A stretch of DNA of 64,000 nt from an uncultured Clostridia bacterium (lineage in GTDB: Bacteria > Bacillota > Clostridia > Christensenellales > UBA1242): contig CATKXS010000005.1 in the NCBI GenBank assembly GCA_949841045.1, positions 650-64,649 on the forward strand, written 5' to 3'. Below are positions 8,096-17,671 of this stretch, in pieces. The first letter of the stretch is position 1. Each line of letters begins with the position of its first letter. The notes under the pieces were generated by a model. It was not told the origin of the DNA. It saw only the letters and a list, made by a program, of their open reading frames with translations, and did no database searches. Made by a program: the position numbers and the translations under genes.

Positions 8096-10372
8096 ATGAA
8101 AACAAAAGCACTATATGCAATAAAATTTTTGGGCTTCACGCTACTATTTTTTGTTCTGTCAAGAGCAAGCATAAATGGTATAATTTATCCATTTGCTTTT
8201 TCTATGTTATTCGCACTTGCATGGGCAAATCAAAGAGTGTGGATACTCGCACCAAGTTATTTAATAGCCTCTATTGCGAGCAATCCTTCATTTCAGGGGG
8301 CAATTATTGCCTTTGTAACTATTGTTTTTTTAGTACTGCCTTATTATATCCATGTTAGCATTAGAAAACCTATGGCTAAATGGGAACTTTTTATTTACTC
8401 ATTTTTAAGCCAAGTGGGGTGGCTGGTTTTCTCAATTCTTGGCGGACAAAATATTGTTGCCGCCATAATTGCACCATTCGTTGGCTTATTTTATGAATTT
8501 CTTGCAATTACTATATTCGAGTCGCTTATTTCAAGAGGGCTTAACTATAAACTTACTCTTCCTGAGGTTTTGTGCGGTGGGGTAATTCTGCTTAGCGTTG
8601 CAAGCGGACTCGAGGGCATAAACATTTATGGTTTTTCATTTTTGAAACTTTTTGTTGCATTTACTGTTCTCGCCATTTCGCAGGTGTCGAGCGCTGGACG
8701 AACGGTAATTTTTGCCTCGCTTATGGGACTGGGCGCGCTTATCAGTAGCAATAATCCGATTTACATGACGCCATTTATTATATGGGCGCTGTTTACAATT
8801 TCGTTTAAATCTTTTCACCGCATTTTCTCAGCGATTGCACTTGTGCTCGGCGAACTTTTGGTGACATTCTATTTTAATCTATATTATTCGTTCACCATTG
8901 TTGGTTTCGTGTCTGTTGTAATCGGTGCACTTATTTTTCTATTTCTGCCTAAAAACTTCTATGACGAACTTGCCGTTCTTCTTTCAAGTGGTGAAGAGAG
9001 AAGTGCGATTAAATGTCTACTTAACAGAAACCGCGATACTTTGCAAAGGCGACTTAATAATTTGGCGGAGGTTTTTTATGACATGAATGTTGTTTTCCGA
9101 AAACTGATTAAAAGCCAGGCGAGCGAAGAGGAAGTTAAAGAAATGCTTTATGAAGAACTTAAATCTTCTATTTGCAAAAATTGTCCAGAACATAAACATT
9201 GCCATAGAACTTTTGCTGAGGATACAAGGAAGATATTTAAGAGCCTTGTCACGATTGCAATGGAAAGAGGGAAGATAACCTTGCTTGATTTGCCTAGTTA
9301 CCTCTCTTCAAGGTGTGCGCAGTCAGGAAGACTGATTTCTGAAATAAACCTCTTAACAAAACAATATAAAAATTACTCGGCACTTGTTGGAAATGTTGAT
9401 ACAAGCAAACTTCTCATTTCTGACCAACTTGAAGGGGTGTCGGGTCTTATGAAAACGCTGGCGGGTGAAGTTGACACAATGATAAGCATGGATAGTGCTC
9501 GCGAGAAAAGACTTCTTGAAGAACTTTCGTCAAATAACATAATTTGTACTGACGCTGTTGTGTACGAAAAAGACGCTCGTACAATGATGGCGACACTTGT
9601 AGTACGAGAAGAAGATATAAACAAACTTAAACTTCAATCAATCACTTCAAAAGTTTGCAACAATAAAATGGCGATTTATGAGGTCTATCCGACAGAAAAA
9701 GCGGGGCTTATGTCAGTCAGTATGAAAACTGCGCCAAGATTTGACTGCGTGTTTGGACTTGCGTCAACGCCAAAAGGCGGGAACGGTATTTCAGGTGACC
9801 GCCATAGCATTGAAAGGCTTGACGGCGATAGGTTTATTTTTGCAATTTGTGACGGTATGGGCAGTGGTGAAAAAGCAGGTGAAAAGGCTGAAACGGCCGT
9901 TGGTCTTATTGAAAACTTTTATAAGGCGGGTTTTGACAGCGACATTGTGCTTTCCTCTGTCAATAAACTTATGAACCTTGAAAAAGATGAAATCTTTTCA
10001 AGTGTGGATTGTTGTATCGTTGACCTTAAAGACGGAATTGCCGATTTTGTCAAAATGGGTGCGTCAAGTTCCTATATAAGAGGTGAGGACGGTTGCACCA
10101 TTGTTGGTTGTTCGGCACTTCCTGTTGGCGTGCTTGATGACGCAAAAGCGATTACCAAGAAAGTAGTCCTCAAAGATAAGGACTATATAATATTATGTTC
10201 TGACGGCATAAACGACAGTTTTGGAAGTGACGCTGAATTTAAAGATTACATTCTCACAATCAGAGAACAAAATCCGCAAGAACAGGCAGATGCAATTTTA
10301 AACAAAGCGCTTTCATTTAACAACAATTATGCAGTCGATGACATGACAGTTATTGTTGTAAAGATTTTCTAA
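8096..10372 (+). CDS. spoIIE: stage II sporulation protein E (membrane PP2C phosphatase)
   Basis: About 10 N-terminal TM segments and a C-terminal PP2C domain (ISGDRHS, FAICDGMGSGEKA, DDMTVIVVK). Start set at ATG 8096; the track's GTG 8009 lies inside a repeat element. Confidence 0.85.
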   Translation: MKTKALYAIKFLGFTLLFFVLSRASINGIIYPFAFSMLFALAWANQRVWILAPSYLIASIASNPSFQGAIIAFVTIVFLVLPYYIHVSIRKPMAKWELFIYSFLSQVGWLVFSILGGQNIVAAIIAPFVGLFYEFLAITIFESLISRGLNYKLTLPEVLCGGVILLSVASGLEGINIYGFSFLKLFVAFTVLAISQVSSAGRTVIFASLMGLGALISSNNPIYMTPFIIWALFTISFKSFHRIFSAIALVLGELLVTFYFNLYYSFTIVGFVSVVIGALIFLFLPKNFYDELAVLLSSGEERSAIKCLLNRNRDTLQRRLNNLAEVFYDMNVVFRKLIKSQASEEEVKEMLYEELKSSICKNCPEHKHCHRTFAEDTRKIFKSLVTIAMERGKITLLDLPSYLSSRCAQSGRLISEINLLTKQYKNYSALVGNVDTSKLLISDQLEGVSGLMKTLAGEVDTMISMDSAREKRLLEELSSNNIICTDAVVYEKDARTMMATLVVREEDINKLKLQSITSKVCNNKMAIYEVYPTEKAGLMSVSMKTAPRFDCVFGLASTPKGGNGISGDRHSIERLDGDRFIFAICDGMGSGEKAGEKAETAVGLIENFYKAGFDSDIVLSSVNKLMNLEKDEIFSSVDCCIVDLKDGIADFVKMGASSSYIRGEDGCTIVGCSALPVGVLDDAKAITKKVVLKDKDYIILCSDGINDSFGSDAEFKDYILTIREQNPQEQADAILNKALSFNNNYAVDDMTVIVVKIF

Positions 10373-10635
10373 GCCTCTTCGTCAAATAATGATAAAATAA
10401 ATTCTATTGCAAGAATTTCATTGGAAGCCATTACTCCTAATTCACAAAGTTCAAATTCGCGGTACTTATTCATTTGCTCTTTGTTAAGAGTTGTGGCAAA
10501 TTCCTCGAAAAGTTTATTATACTTTTCCTCATTTTCTTTGTCGCCGTCTGTTTGGTTTTTGTTTTTATAACGCGTGCGGTATAGAGCCATATAAAAAAGT
10601 TCGGCGATTTTTCTTAAAGTTGATTTGTATTCCAT
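10369..10635 (-). CDS. hypothetical helical protein
   Basis: 88-aa ORF, GGAG RBS, convergent with spoIIE with a 4-nt overlap. Confidence 0.5.
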   Translation of the reverse strand: MEYKSTLRKIAELFYMALYRTRYKNKNQTDGDKENEEKYNKLFEEFATTLNKEQMNKYREFELCELGVMASNEILAIEFILSLFDEEA

Positions 10636-10758
10636 TTTTTCTCCTTTTGTTTGATTTTATCATTTTAAATAGAAAAAGAATTTAGAAAACTCAAATGAGT
10701 TCAAAAAGTTTTTCTCTTCGATATAAATAGTAACATTTAAAAAATATTTTGACTTTAA

Positions 10759-10776
10759 TCTCCACAATTGTGGAGA
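10759..10776. promoter_or_regulatory. perfect 18-bp palindrome TCTCCACAATTGTGGAGA (candidate operator)
   Basis: Read directly in the divergent spacer between 10635(-) and dnaX, just upstream of the dnaX promoter. Confidence 0.4.
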
Positions 10777-10794
10777 AATTATTTCTTCATATGG

Positions 10795-10823
10795 TTGCAA
10801 TATTTGATAAAAAAAGTTATACT
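10795..10823 (+). promoter_or_regulatory. Sigma-A type promoter of dnaX
   Basis: TTGCAA, 17-nt spacer, TATACT. Confidence 0.55.
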
Positions 10824-10842
10824 AGTATTGTTAAGGAGAAGA

Positions 10843-11955
10843 ATGGAACATTTAGCACTTTACAGAAAATATCGTCCTGCAAATTTTGACGAAGTTGTTG
10901 GACAAGAACATATTACTAAGGCGCTCAAAAATCAGATTGCAAGTGGCAATATCGGACATGCTTATTTGTTTACTGGTTCGCGTGGAATTGGCAAAACTTC
11001 TATTGCCAGAATTTTTGCACGCGCTGTCAACTGTGAGGACAATCAAAACGGCTCGCCATGTGGCAAGTGTGAAAGTTGCAAACGCCTTGAAGGGCAGAGT
11101 GACATAAACATCATTGAAATTGACGCGGCGTCAAACAACCGTGTTGACGATATAAGAGAACTGAGGGAAAAAGTTAAGTTCACACCTGTTGACGCAAAGT
11201 ATAAAGTATATATCATAGACGAAGTTCACATGCTGACGGACTCAGCATTCAACGCGCTACTTAAAACTCTTGAAGAGCCACCAAAATATGTAATCTTTAT
11301 TTTGGCGACAACCGAAGCGCACAAACTTCCAGCGACTATTCTTTCAAGATGTATCCGCTTTGATTTTAGGCTTGTTTCACAAGAGCACCTTGTTGGTTTA
11401 CTTAAAAAAGTATTTGACAGCGAAAATATTGAATATGACGATGACGCACTTAGAGCCATTGCAGTTGCAGGCGAGGGTAGTGTGAGAGATACATTGTCAA
11501 TCGCTGATTGTGTAAACGCTTACTCAACCGGAAAGATTACGCTTGAATGTGTTGAGAGAGTACTCGGAACAACTGATGAAACACTTATGATAAACTTCTT
11601 TGGATACCTTAAAGACAGAGATGTTGGGGGGCTTCTTAAACTTATCAGTGATATTGACAAGAGCGGTAAAAATTTGCCAGTACTTGTAAAAGATTTATCA
11701 AGACATTCACGAAACCTGCTTATTGCAAAGTCTTGTGCAAGTCCTAATGAGATATTAAATCTTTCAGAAGAAAGTTTTGGGAAGTTGAAAGCACAGTCTG
11801 AGGTCTTTGACGAAAAGACACTTATCAGTTACATGCAAGTTTTTGCTGGTGCTGAGAATGAACTTCGTTATACAATGTCACCAAGGCTTTTACTTGAAAC
11901 ACTTGCCTTATCAGTTATGTCAGGGCAGGCGAGTGAGGACGTAAAAAAAAACTAA
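10843..11955 (+). CDS. dnaX: DNA polymerase III subunit gamma/tau, short (gamma-length) 0-frame product
   Basis: MEHLALYRKYRP, Walker A GSRGIGKTS, zinc module CGKCESC, IIDEVHML and SRC motif LSRCIRF. AAGGAGA RBS lies before ATG 10843. Ends in an A9 run. Confidence 0.9.
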   Translation: MEHLALYRKYRPANFDEVVGQEHITKALKNQIASGNIGHAYLFTGSRGIGKTSIARIFARAVNCEDNQNGSPCGKCESCKRLEGQSDINIIEIDAASNNRVDDIRELREKVKFTPVDAKYKVYIIDEVHMLTDSAFNALLKTLEEPPKYVIFILATTEAHKLPATILSRCIRFDFRLVSQEHLVGLLKKVFDSENIEYDDDALRAIAVAGEGSVRDTLSIADCVNAYSTGKITLECVERVLGTTDETLMINFFGYLKDRDVGGLLKLISDIDKSGKNLPVLVKDLSRHSRNLLIAKSCASPNEILNLSEESFGKLKAQSEVFDEKTLISYMQVFAGAENELRYTMSPRLLLETLALSVMSGQASEDVKKN

Positions 11956-11957
11956 AA

Positions 11958-12311
11958 ATGACAACGGCTAAGGGCAACCTTTCTGTTCGTACCATTTGGG
12001 GAAAAGTTGTACTTTACCTAAAAGAGCATCGTCAAGTTGCGCTCCACGTTGCGTGTGGTGACATAACTGATGTTAAACTTGAAGATGGTAAACTTGTTAT
12101 CAATGTTACTGAGCGAGTGCTTGCCGGACTTCTCACTGAGGGCAAGTCTGAAATTGAAAGGGCACTGCGTTGGCAGGGGCTTGATATGGAAGTTGTTGTT
12201 GTGATCAAAGAAATTGAAAGCTCAGAAGGTGAGCGGGATATAAAAAAATTAAATGAAGTTTTCGACAATGTGACTGTTGTTGAAAAGAAGACAAAAATGA
12301 TTTGGAGGTAA
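11958..12311 (+). CDS. DnaX C-terminal-domain-like ORF in the -1 frame relative to dnaX
   Basis: 117 aa. The pattern IWGKVVLYLKEH...VALHVAC...KLVINV...EIERAL resembles the C-terminal domain of Firmicutes DnaX. It starts 2 nt after the dnaX stop. Confidence 0.55.
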   Translation: MTTAKGNLSVRTIWGKVVLYLKEHRQVALHVACGDITDVKLEDGKLVINVTERVLAGLLTEGKSEIERALRWQGLDMEVVVVIKEIESSEGERDIKKLNEVFDNVTVVEKKTKMIWR

Positions 12312-12314
12312 AAA

Positions 12315-12638
12315 ATGGGATACGGTAATTTTGGAGGATTTGGCGGAGCAAACATGAATCAACTTATGCGCCAAGCACAAAAAATGCAAGAGGATATGGC
12401 AAGAGCCAAGAAGGAGCTTGAAGAGACTGTTTTCACATCTTCTGTTGGTGGTGGAATGGTTGAGGTTAAAATGACAGGTGCGAGAGAACTTAAAGCTGTC
12501 AATATTAAAGAGCAGGTTATTGACCCAGACGATAAAGAGATGCTTGAAGATTTAATCATTTCAGCAGTCAATGACTGTCTTGGACAAATCGCAAGAAAAG
12601 AGCAAGATTCACTTCCACAAGTGCCAGGACTTTTTTAG
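12315..12638 (+). CDS. ybaB: nucleoid-associated protein YbaB/EbfC
   Basis: MNQLMRQAQKMQEDM...GGGMVEVKMTG signature; canonical dnaX-ybaB-recR order. Confidence 0.9.
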   Translation: MGYGNFGGFGGANMNQLMRQAQKMQEDMARAKKELEETVFTSSVGGGMVEVKMTGARELKAVNIKEQVIDPDDKEMLEDLIISAVNDCLGQIARKEQDSLPQVPGLF

Positions 12639-12650
12639 AGGAGAAATGAG

Positions 12651-13238
12651 GTGAAGGAAGATTTTATTGAAAAACTTATAGAGAGTTTTAGAACACTTCC
12701 AGGCGTTGGGTATAAGACTGCCCAGCGCTACGCTTTTTCTATTATAGAGGGTTCAAGGGATAGGGCAGAGCGTTTTAGTAAATCGCTCATTGAAGCCAAA
12801 GATAAAGTTGGGTTTTGCAAGGTTTGTGGCAATTTTACCGACACCCAAGTATGTCCGATTTGCCAGCATAGAAATAGAAAAATTATTTGCGTTGTCAAGG
12901 ACCCTAAGGATATTATGGCAATGGAAAAGGTCAAAACTTATGACGGCGTTTACCATGTTTTATTTGGAACAATCAGTCCGCTTGAGCATAGAGGCCCGGA
13001 CGATATTAAGATAAAAGAGCTTCTCGCAAGAGTGGGTGAGGACAATGTGGAAGAAGTTATTATGGCGACAAATCCTGATGTTGAGGGTGATGCGACTGCC
13101 ATGTATATTGCAAAACTTCTTCGTCCGCTTGGAGTAAAAGTGACGCGTATTGCGCAAGGTGTTGCAATGGGAAGCGACCTTGAATACGCCGACGAAGTGA
13201 CATTGTCAAGAGCGCTTGAAGGAAGACGCGAATTATAG
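12651..13238 (+). CDS. recR: recombination protein RecR
   Basis: [14 protein letters not shown] helix-hairpin-helix, C4 zinc finger CKVCGN...CPIC and a Toprim region. GTG start. Confidence 0.9.
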   Translation: MKEDFIEKLIESFRTLPGVGYKTAQRYAFSIIEGSRDRAERFSKSLIEAKDKVGFCKVCGNFTDTQVCPICQHRNRKIICVVKDPKDIMAMEKVKTYDGVYHVLFGTISPLEHRGPDDIKIKELLARVGEDNVEEVIMATNPDVEGDATAMYIAKLLRPLGVKVTRIAQGVAMGSDLEYADEVTLSRALEGRREL

Positions 13239-13261
13239 GTATACTGAATTTTGTAGTATGT

Positions 13262-15046
13262 ATGAAAGAAATCATACAAGATATAGTGACGGAGCATGAG
13301 ATGAACATTATTAAAGATATTGAAAAACTTTTAAATGATGGTGCGATTAAAGCGGGATTTGACGAAAAATTTTCGGTAAGCTTTTCTGACAAAAGAGAGA
13401 TTTGCGACTTTCAATGTAACGGTGCATTTGCGCTTGCAAAGAAGTATGGCAAAAATCCTTTTGACATTGCAAGTGAAATTGTTGGAAGTATTGAGCAAAA
13501 CGAAGATTTTATTTTTAGCGTGGCTAGACCTGCGTTTATCAATATAAAACTTACTGACACTCTTCTCAGTAAATGGGGAAATTTTGTTCTTCATGATGAG
13601 AGAGGCGGGCTTGAAAAAAATGAGAAAAAAGCAAGAGTGCTGTTAGACTATGGTGGTGCGAATGTTGCCAAAGCGTTACATATTGGACACCTTAGACCTG
13701 CCATAATTGGTGAGAGTTTGAAGAGGCTTTATAAGCTTTTGGGTGACGAGGTTATATCCGACGTTCACCTTGGGGACTGGGGGCTTCAAATGGGACTTAC
13801 CGAACTTCAACTTTTTGAAGAAGGGAAGCTTGGCTTCTTTTTTGGGGAGTCCAAAGAAAAGTATGATATTACTATTGACGACTTAAACGAAGCCTATCCG
13901 ACCGCAAATAAGAGAAAGGTTAGTGAGGAAGACTTTAAGAAAAAGGCGGAAGAGTGGACGCTGAAAATTCAGAAAAAGCAAGAGCCTTATTATAGTGTTT
14001 ACAAAATTATTAGAGAACTTTCGGTGAAGGAAATTGCAAAAAATTATTCTAAGCTTGGAGCAGAGTTTGACCTCTGGAAAGGCGAGAGTGACGCGAGTGA
14101 TTTTACCAAAGAGGCTGTTGAAATAATTAAGAATAAAGGCCTCGCAAGAGAGAGCGAAGGTGCGCTTGTTGTTGACGTTGCCGAGGAGGGCGAGAACATT
14201 CCGACTGAAGACGGCAAGTTTATCAATCCTATGCCGCCATGTCTTATTCAAAAGTCAAATGGAGCCGACCTCTATGCGACAACTGATATTGCAACTATAC
14301 TTATGCGTAACAAAGAGTACAAGCTTGACCGAATTGAGTATGTGACTGACGGCAGGCAGAAAATGCATTTTACGCAAGTTTTCAGAGTTTGCAAGAAGAG
14401 TGGAATTTCACCAGAGGGGCAAGAGCTTGTCCACATTGTAAACGGAACTATGAACGGAAATGACGGGAAGCCATTCAAGACACGTTCGGGGGACACTGTT
14501 AAACTTGAAGATATTATCGCTCTTTTGACAAGTAAAGCAAACGAGAAGCTTGAGGCGAACGGTGCAAAAGCTGATGCCGATATGGCGCTTTCAATCGGTG
14601 TTGCTGCAATGAAGTTTGGCGACCTTTCAAACACCGTCAGCAAGGATTATGTTTTTGACATTGATAAGTTTATGGCGTTTGAGGGAAAGACTGGACCTTA
14701 TATTCAGTATTCGGTCGTTAGAATAAATTCCATTTTAAGTAAACTTGAAGGTGTAGAGGATGGTGAAATTAATGTGACTTCGCCAGAGGAAAGAGAAATT
14801 TTGCTTGCCTCACTGAGGCTTAACTCTGCCTACTATATTTGCTATCGCGAAAAATCTCTTAACAATCTTTGTTCGAGTCTTTATGATTTTGCAAGTGCAT
14901 TCTCAACATTTTATAACAACCACAATGTTGTGGGTGAAAAAGATAAGGAAAAACAAAAGAGTTATGTTGCGCTTTTAAAACTTATACGAAAGAAAATGTT
15001 ACAAGCGCTTGATGTACTTGCTATAAGCGTTCCTAAAAAAATGTAA
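13262..15046 (+). CDS. argS: arginine--tRNA ligase
   Basis: HIGH motif ALHIGHLRPA; ArgRS-type N-terminal and anticodon-binding regions; 594 aa. Confidence 0.85.
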   Translation: MKEIIQDIVTEHEMNIIKDIEKLLNDGAIKAGFDEKFSVSFSDKREICDFQCNGAFALAKKYGKNPFDIASEIVGSIEQNEDFIFSVARPAFINIKLTDTLLSKWGNFVLHDERGGLEKNEKKARVLLDYGGANVAKALHIGHLRPAIIGESLKRLYKLLGDEVISDVHLGDWGLQMGLTELQLFEEGKLGFFFGESKEKYDITIDDLNEAYPTANKRKVSEEDFKKKAEEWTLKIQKKQEPYYSVYKIIRELSVKEIAKNYSKLGAEFDLWKGESDASDFTKEAVEIIKNKGLARESEGALVVDVAEEGENIPTEDGKFINPMPPCLIQKSNGADLYATTDIATILMRNKEYKLDRIEYVTDGRQKMHFTQVFRVCKKSGISPEGQELVHIVNGTMNGNDGKPFKTRSGDTVKLEDIIALLTSKANEKLEANGAKADADMALSIGVAAMKFGDLSNTVSKDYVFDIDKFMAFEGKTGPYIQYSVVRINSILSKLEGVEDGEINVTSPEEREILLASLRLNSAYYICYREKSLNNLCSSLYDFASAFSTFYNNHNVVGEKDKEKQKSYVALLKLIRKKMLQALDVLAISVPKKM

Positions 15047-15073
15047 TTATTTCAAAAAAGTTTGAAAAGGGTA

Positions 15074-15102
15074 TTTACAAATTGTTAATTTTGTGTTAGA
15101 AT
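15074..15102 (+). promoter_or_regulatory. Sigma-A type promoter (extended -10)
   Basis: TTTACA, 17-nt spacer, TGT-TAGAAT. Confidence 0.55.
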
Positions 15103-15126
15103 ATTGTATGAAGTATGGAGGACAAC

Positions 15127-15282
15127 ATGAAAAATAGAATTGCTTACAAGTTAAATGATAACTATCTTGCTACTTGCACTATCTTTGGAAAGGGCAAAAT
15201 GGTTAATAAAGAAAAGTCTTTCACTCTTGCTAATTCAAACAAGAAAACAGTTGATTTAGACGGATTAGATATTGAAATGTAA
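15127..15282 (+). CDS. small protein (51 aa), unannotated in the ORF track
   Basis: Own translation: MKNRIAYKLNDNYLATCTIFGKGKMVNKEKSFTLANSNKKTVDLDGLDIEM. GGAGG lies 6 nt upstream, with its own promoter and terminator. Confidence 0.55.
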   Translation: MKNRIAYKLNDNYLATCTIFGKGKMVNKEKSFTLANSNKKTVDLDGLDIEM

Positions 15283-15291
15283 GAAACAATG

Positions 15292-15320
15292 AAAGTGCTC
15301 GTTTTTTGAGCGCTTTTTTT
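15292..15320 (+). terminator. Rho-independent terminator
   Basis: aaagtgctc / gagcgcttt stem (one G-U pair) followed by a T-run. Confidence 0.65.
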
Positions 15321-15416
15321 GTGTACTAGGATTTCTATGAATTTGAGGTATGTAAGAAAAACAAGCAAGCGTGCTTGTTATTGTCAACATATTGAGAAAG
15401 TGTCATATATATTATT

Positions 15417-15899
15417 ATGGTTAAAAGTTATGACAGGACGGAGGCGGTTCGTTATGCAAGGGAGTGGGCGCTTGGAAAAAATCCCGACTTCTATTTCTTT
15501 GGTGGAATAGGCGGTGACTGCACCAACTTTGTCTCGCAGTGTCTCTTGGCTGGCGGCGGGGTGATGAACTATGATAAAATCAAAGGTTGGTATTATAATA
15601 GTTCTTTTGACCGCTCGGCTAGTTGGACGAGTGTTGCTTACTTTATGAAGTATCTTCTTAGAAAAGAGGACAGCAAAGGCCCGAAAGGCGAGATTATCTC
15701 GCTTTCCGAAGTAGAGGTGGGAGATATTCTCTTTCTTCGTCAAAATCCTACTCATTTTAACCATAGTTTAATAATCACAAGAAAAGTGGGTGGTAGAGTG
15801 TTTGTTTGTGCACATACAAACAGCGCTTTAGATAAACCGCTCAATGAGTACTTTTATAATGAAATTTTGCCTATTCATATAATAAATATAAATGCTTGA
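15417..15899 (+). CDS. putative amidase-domain (Amidase_6-like) protein
   Basis: YDRTEAVRYAREWA...GGDCTNFVSQCLLAGG motif with a catalytic Cys context. Confidence 0.65.
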   Translation: MVKSYDRTEAVRYAREWALGKNPDFYFFGGIGGDCTNFVSQCLLAGGGVMNYDKIKGWYYNSSFDRSASWTSVAYFMKYLLRKEDSKGPKGEIISLSEVEVGDILFLRQNPTHFNHSLIITRKVGGRVFVCAHTNSALDKPLNEYFYNEILPIHIININA

Positions 15900-15946
15900 C
15901 AATCGGCAAAAATTGAGTAAAATTAAATTATTAAAAGGAGTAGAAT

Positions 15947-16180
15947 ATGAAAGAATTGATTTCCACAATGGAAAAATTTCCACTTTGGTTAAAAGTTGTC
16001 TTAGCTCTTCCATTTCTTGACATCGTTTGGGTTGTCTATAGAATTATGAGGTCTCTTGACAAACAAAACTATCTTGGAGTTATCATCGCGATTATCTTCA
16101 TTATAATCGGTATACCTTTCCTTTGGCTGATTGATATAATTTGTATTTTAGTCAAGGGCAACGTATTTTGGATTGATTAA
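15947..16180 (+). CDS. small two-TM membrane protein
   Basis: 77 aa, two hydrophobic helices; RBS aaaggag. Confidence 0.55.
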   Translation: MKELISTMEKFPLWLKVVLALPFLDIVWVVYRIMRSLDKQNYLGVIIAIIFIIIGIPFLWLIDIICILVKGNVFWID

Positions 16181-16213
16181 TTGCAAATCGTGTTCGTGCA
16201 ATTGTATGCAGAG

Positions 16214-16249
16214 CAAAAAAAAACTGAGCAAATTATGCTCAGCTTTTTT
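16214..16249. terminator. bidirectional Rho-independent terminator
   Basis: ctgagca / tgctcag stem flanked by A9 and T6, between convergent genes. Confidence 0.75.
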
Positions 16250-16335
16250 ATTTAAAAGAAAGGCAATAAGATTTTATTGAGTATTTTTTATTTAATAAAA
16301 GTTGAAAATGAGAGGGAGGAGACTAAAGACAGTTT

Positions 16336-16998
16336 TTAACTGTTAAAATTTGATTGCGTTCCGACACTTAAAATTTTATAGCCGTCCTCATTAATTTCAA
16401 CAAGTGAAGAGATATAGCCAAAACTGTTTGCTTCATATCCGCCATAAACTCGTTGCAATATTTGAAGATAATACCTATCAAGGGCAATGTTATAATATGG
16501 GAAGATTGTGTTGACGTCTGTTACATAGAGGGTGCAGTCTTCCTTGCAACCAGACGAGGAGGCGTCCATGTAAAGAGCTTTTCCTTGATAGTCAATTTGA
16601 ATTATGTTGTCACTTAAATAACTCGCTTCAATGGTAGGTTTGAAATCGGCGCTGTTGAATACAAGTTTTGCTTCGCTATCTTTAAATGAATATATTTCAT
16701 AGAAGCTATAACCGCCACTTCCACCGCTCTCAATACTGTAAAGAACTTGTTCAAGGCCATTGCCAAGAAAGTTTGCAACAAAAAGAGTAGGGGTATAACC
16801 GATATTTGCAATAGGCTCAACTTCAATTTCGTCAGTACCTGTTGTGACTTTTATAATAATATTTTCACGCAAGACTTTGCCATCACTACAAATGCTGACA
16901 TTGCTATATTTATTGCTTTCTATTAGGTTGCCTACCTTATAATCGCAAGCAGGTGATGCGAGCGAAAGGCAGGCTAAAATAAGAGGTAATGTTTTCAT
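16336..16998 (-). CDS. secreted protein or lipoprotein candidate, function unknown
   Basis: N-terminal signal-like MKTLPLILACLSLASPAC; 220 aa and beta-rich. No obvious SD. Confidence 0.55.
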   Translation of the reverse strand: MKTLPLILACLSLASPACDYKVGNLIESNKYSNVSICSDGKVLRENIIIKVTTGTDEIEVEPIANIGYTPTLFVANFLGNGLEQVLYSIESGGSGGYSFYEIYSFKDSEAKLVFNSADFKPTIEASYLSDNIIQIDYQGKALYMDASSSGCKEDCTLYVTDVNTIFPYYNIALDRYYLQILQRVYGGYEANSFGYISSLVEINEDGYKILSVGTQSNFNS

Positions 16999-17095
16999 AG
17001 TTTTATTTTGATGAAATTATATTTTATTATACATAAAATATATCTTTTCATTTTGAATATAATAAATTTAATGTTAAAATATTAAAGGGGACGTT

Positions 17096-17665
17096 ATGAT
17101 AACAATAAGAGATAAAAAAGATAGTATTATCAAAATGAAAGAGTTAAGACTTAACTATTTTCCACTTGACTATTTTGAGGTGAGTAATAAGGCGGGCATA
17201 AAGAAGTTTATGGAAGAAAACCCCTCAGATGAATATGTGCTCAGGTCAGCAAATAAGGCAAAAGGCAACTTCTTTTTTGTGAAAAACTTTGAAGAGGCGG
17301 AGGCTAAACTTGGCGAATTTGAAAATGAAGTTACTATTAGCGTTTCATATAACCCATATAAAGAGGACATTGTTCTCGTTGGCGACATAATTGTCCATAA
17401 AGATTTTAGCGGGGAAACGATTGACTTGACTGCTCGCACAGACACCGAAGCAACGCATAGAAATATATATGAAAATCCTAAATATAATCTTCATACAAGC
17501 ATTGAAGATGATAAACTTTGGAATATTCCAGGCATTTCAAAGGTAATGAGATATATTTCTGACCATGAACTTTATAATGTCATTATTGAATTTTCGGTCT
17601 ATGACTGCAAACTTGGCGTAAACAAAGAGAATGTTGTCATAAGCGAACTGAGAACGGGTTACTAG
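17096..17665 (+). CDS. hypothetical protein
   Basis: 189-aa ORF, RBS aaagggg. No family recognised. Confidence 0.55.
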   Translation: MITIRDKKDSIIKMKELRLNYFPLDYFEVSNKAGIKKFMEENPSDEYVLRSANKAKGNFFFVKNFEEAEAKLGEFENEVTISVSYNPYKEDIVLVGDIIVHKDFSGETIDLTARTDTEATHRNIYENPKYNLHTSIEDDKLWNIPGISKVMRYISDHELYNVIIEFSVYDCKLGVNKENVVISELRTGY

Positions 17666-17671
17666 ACTTAA

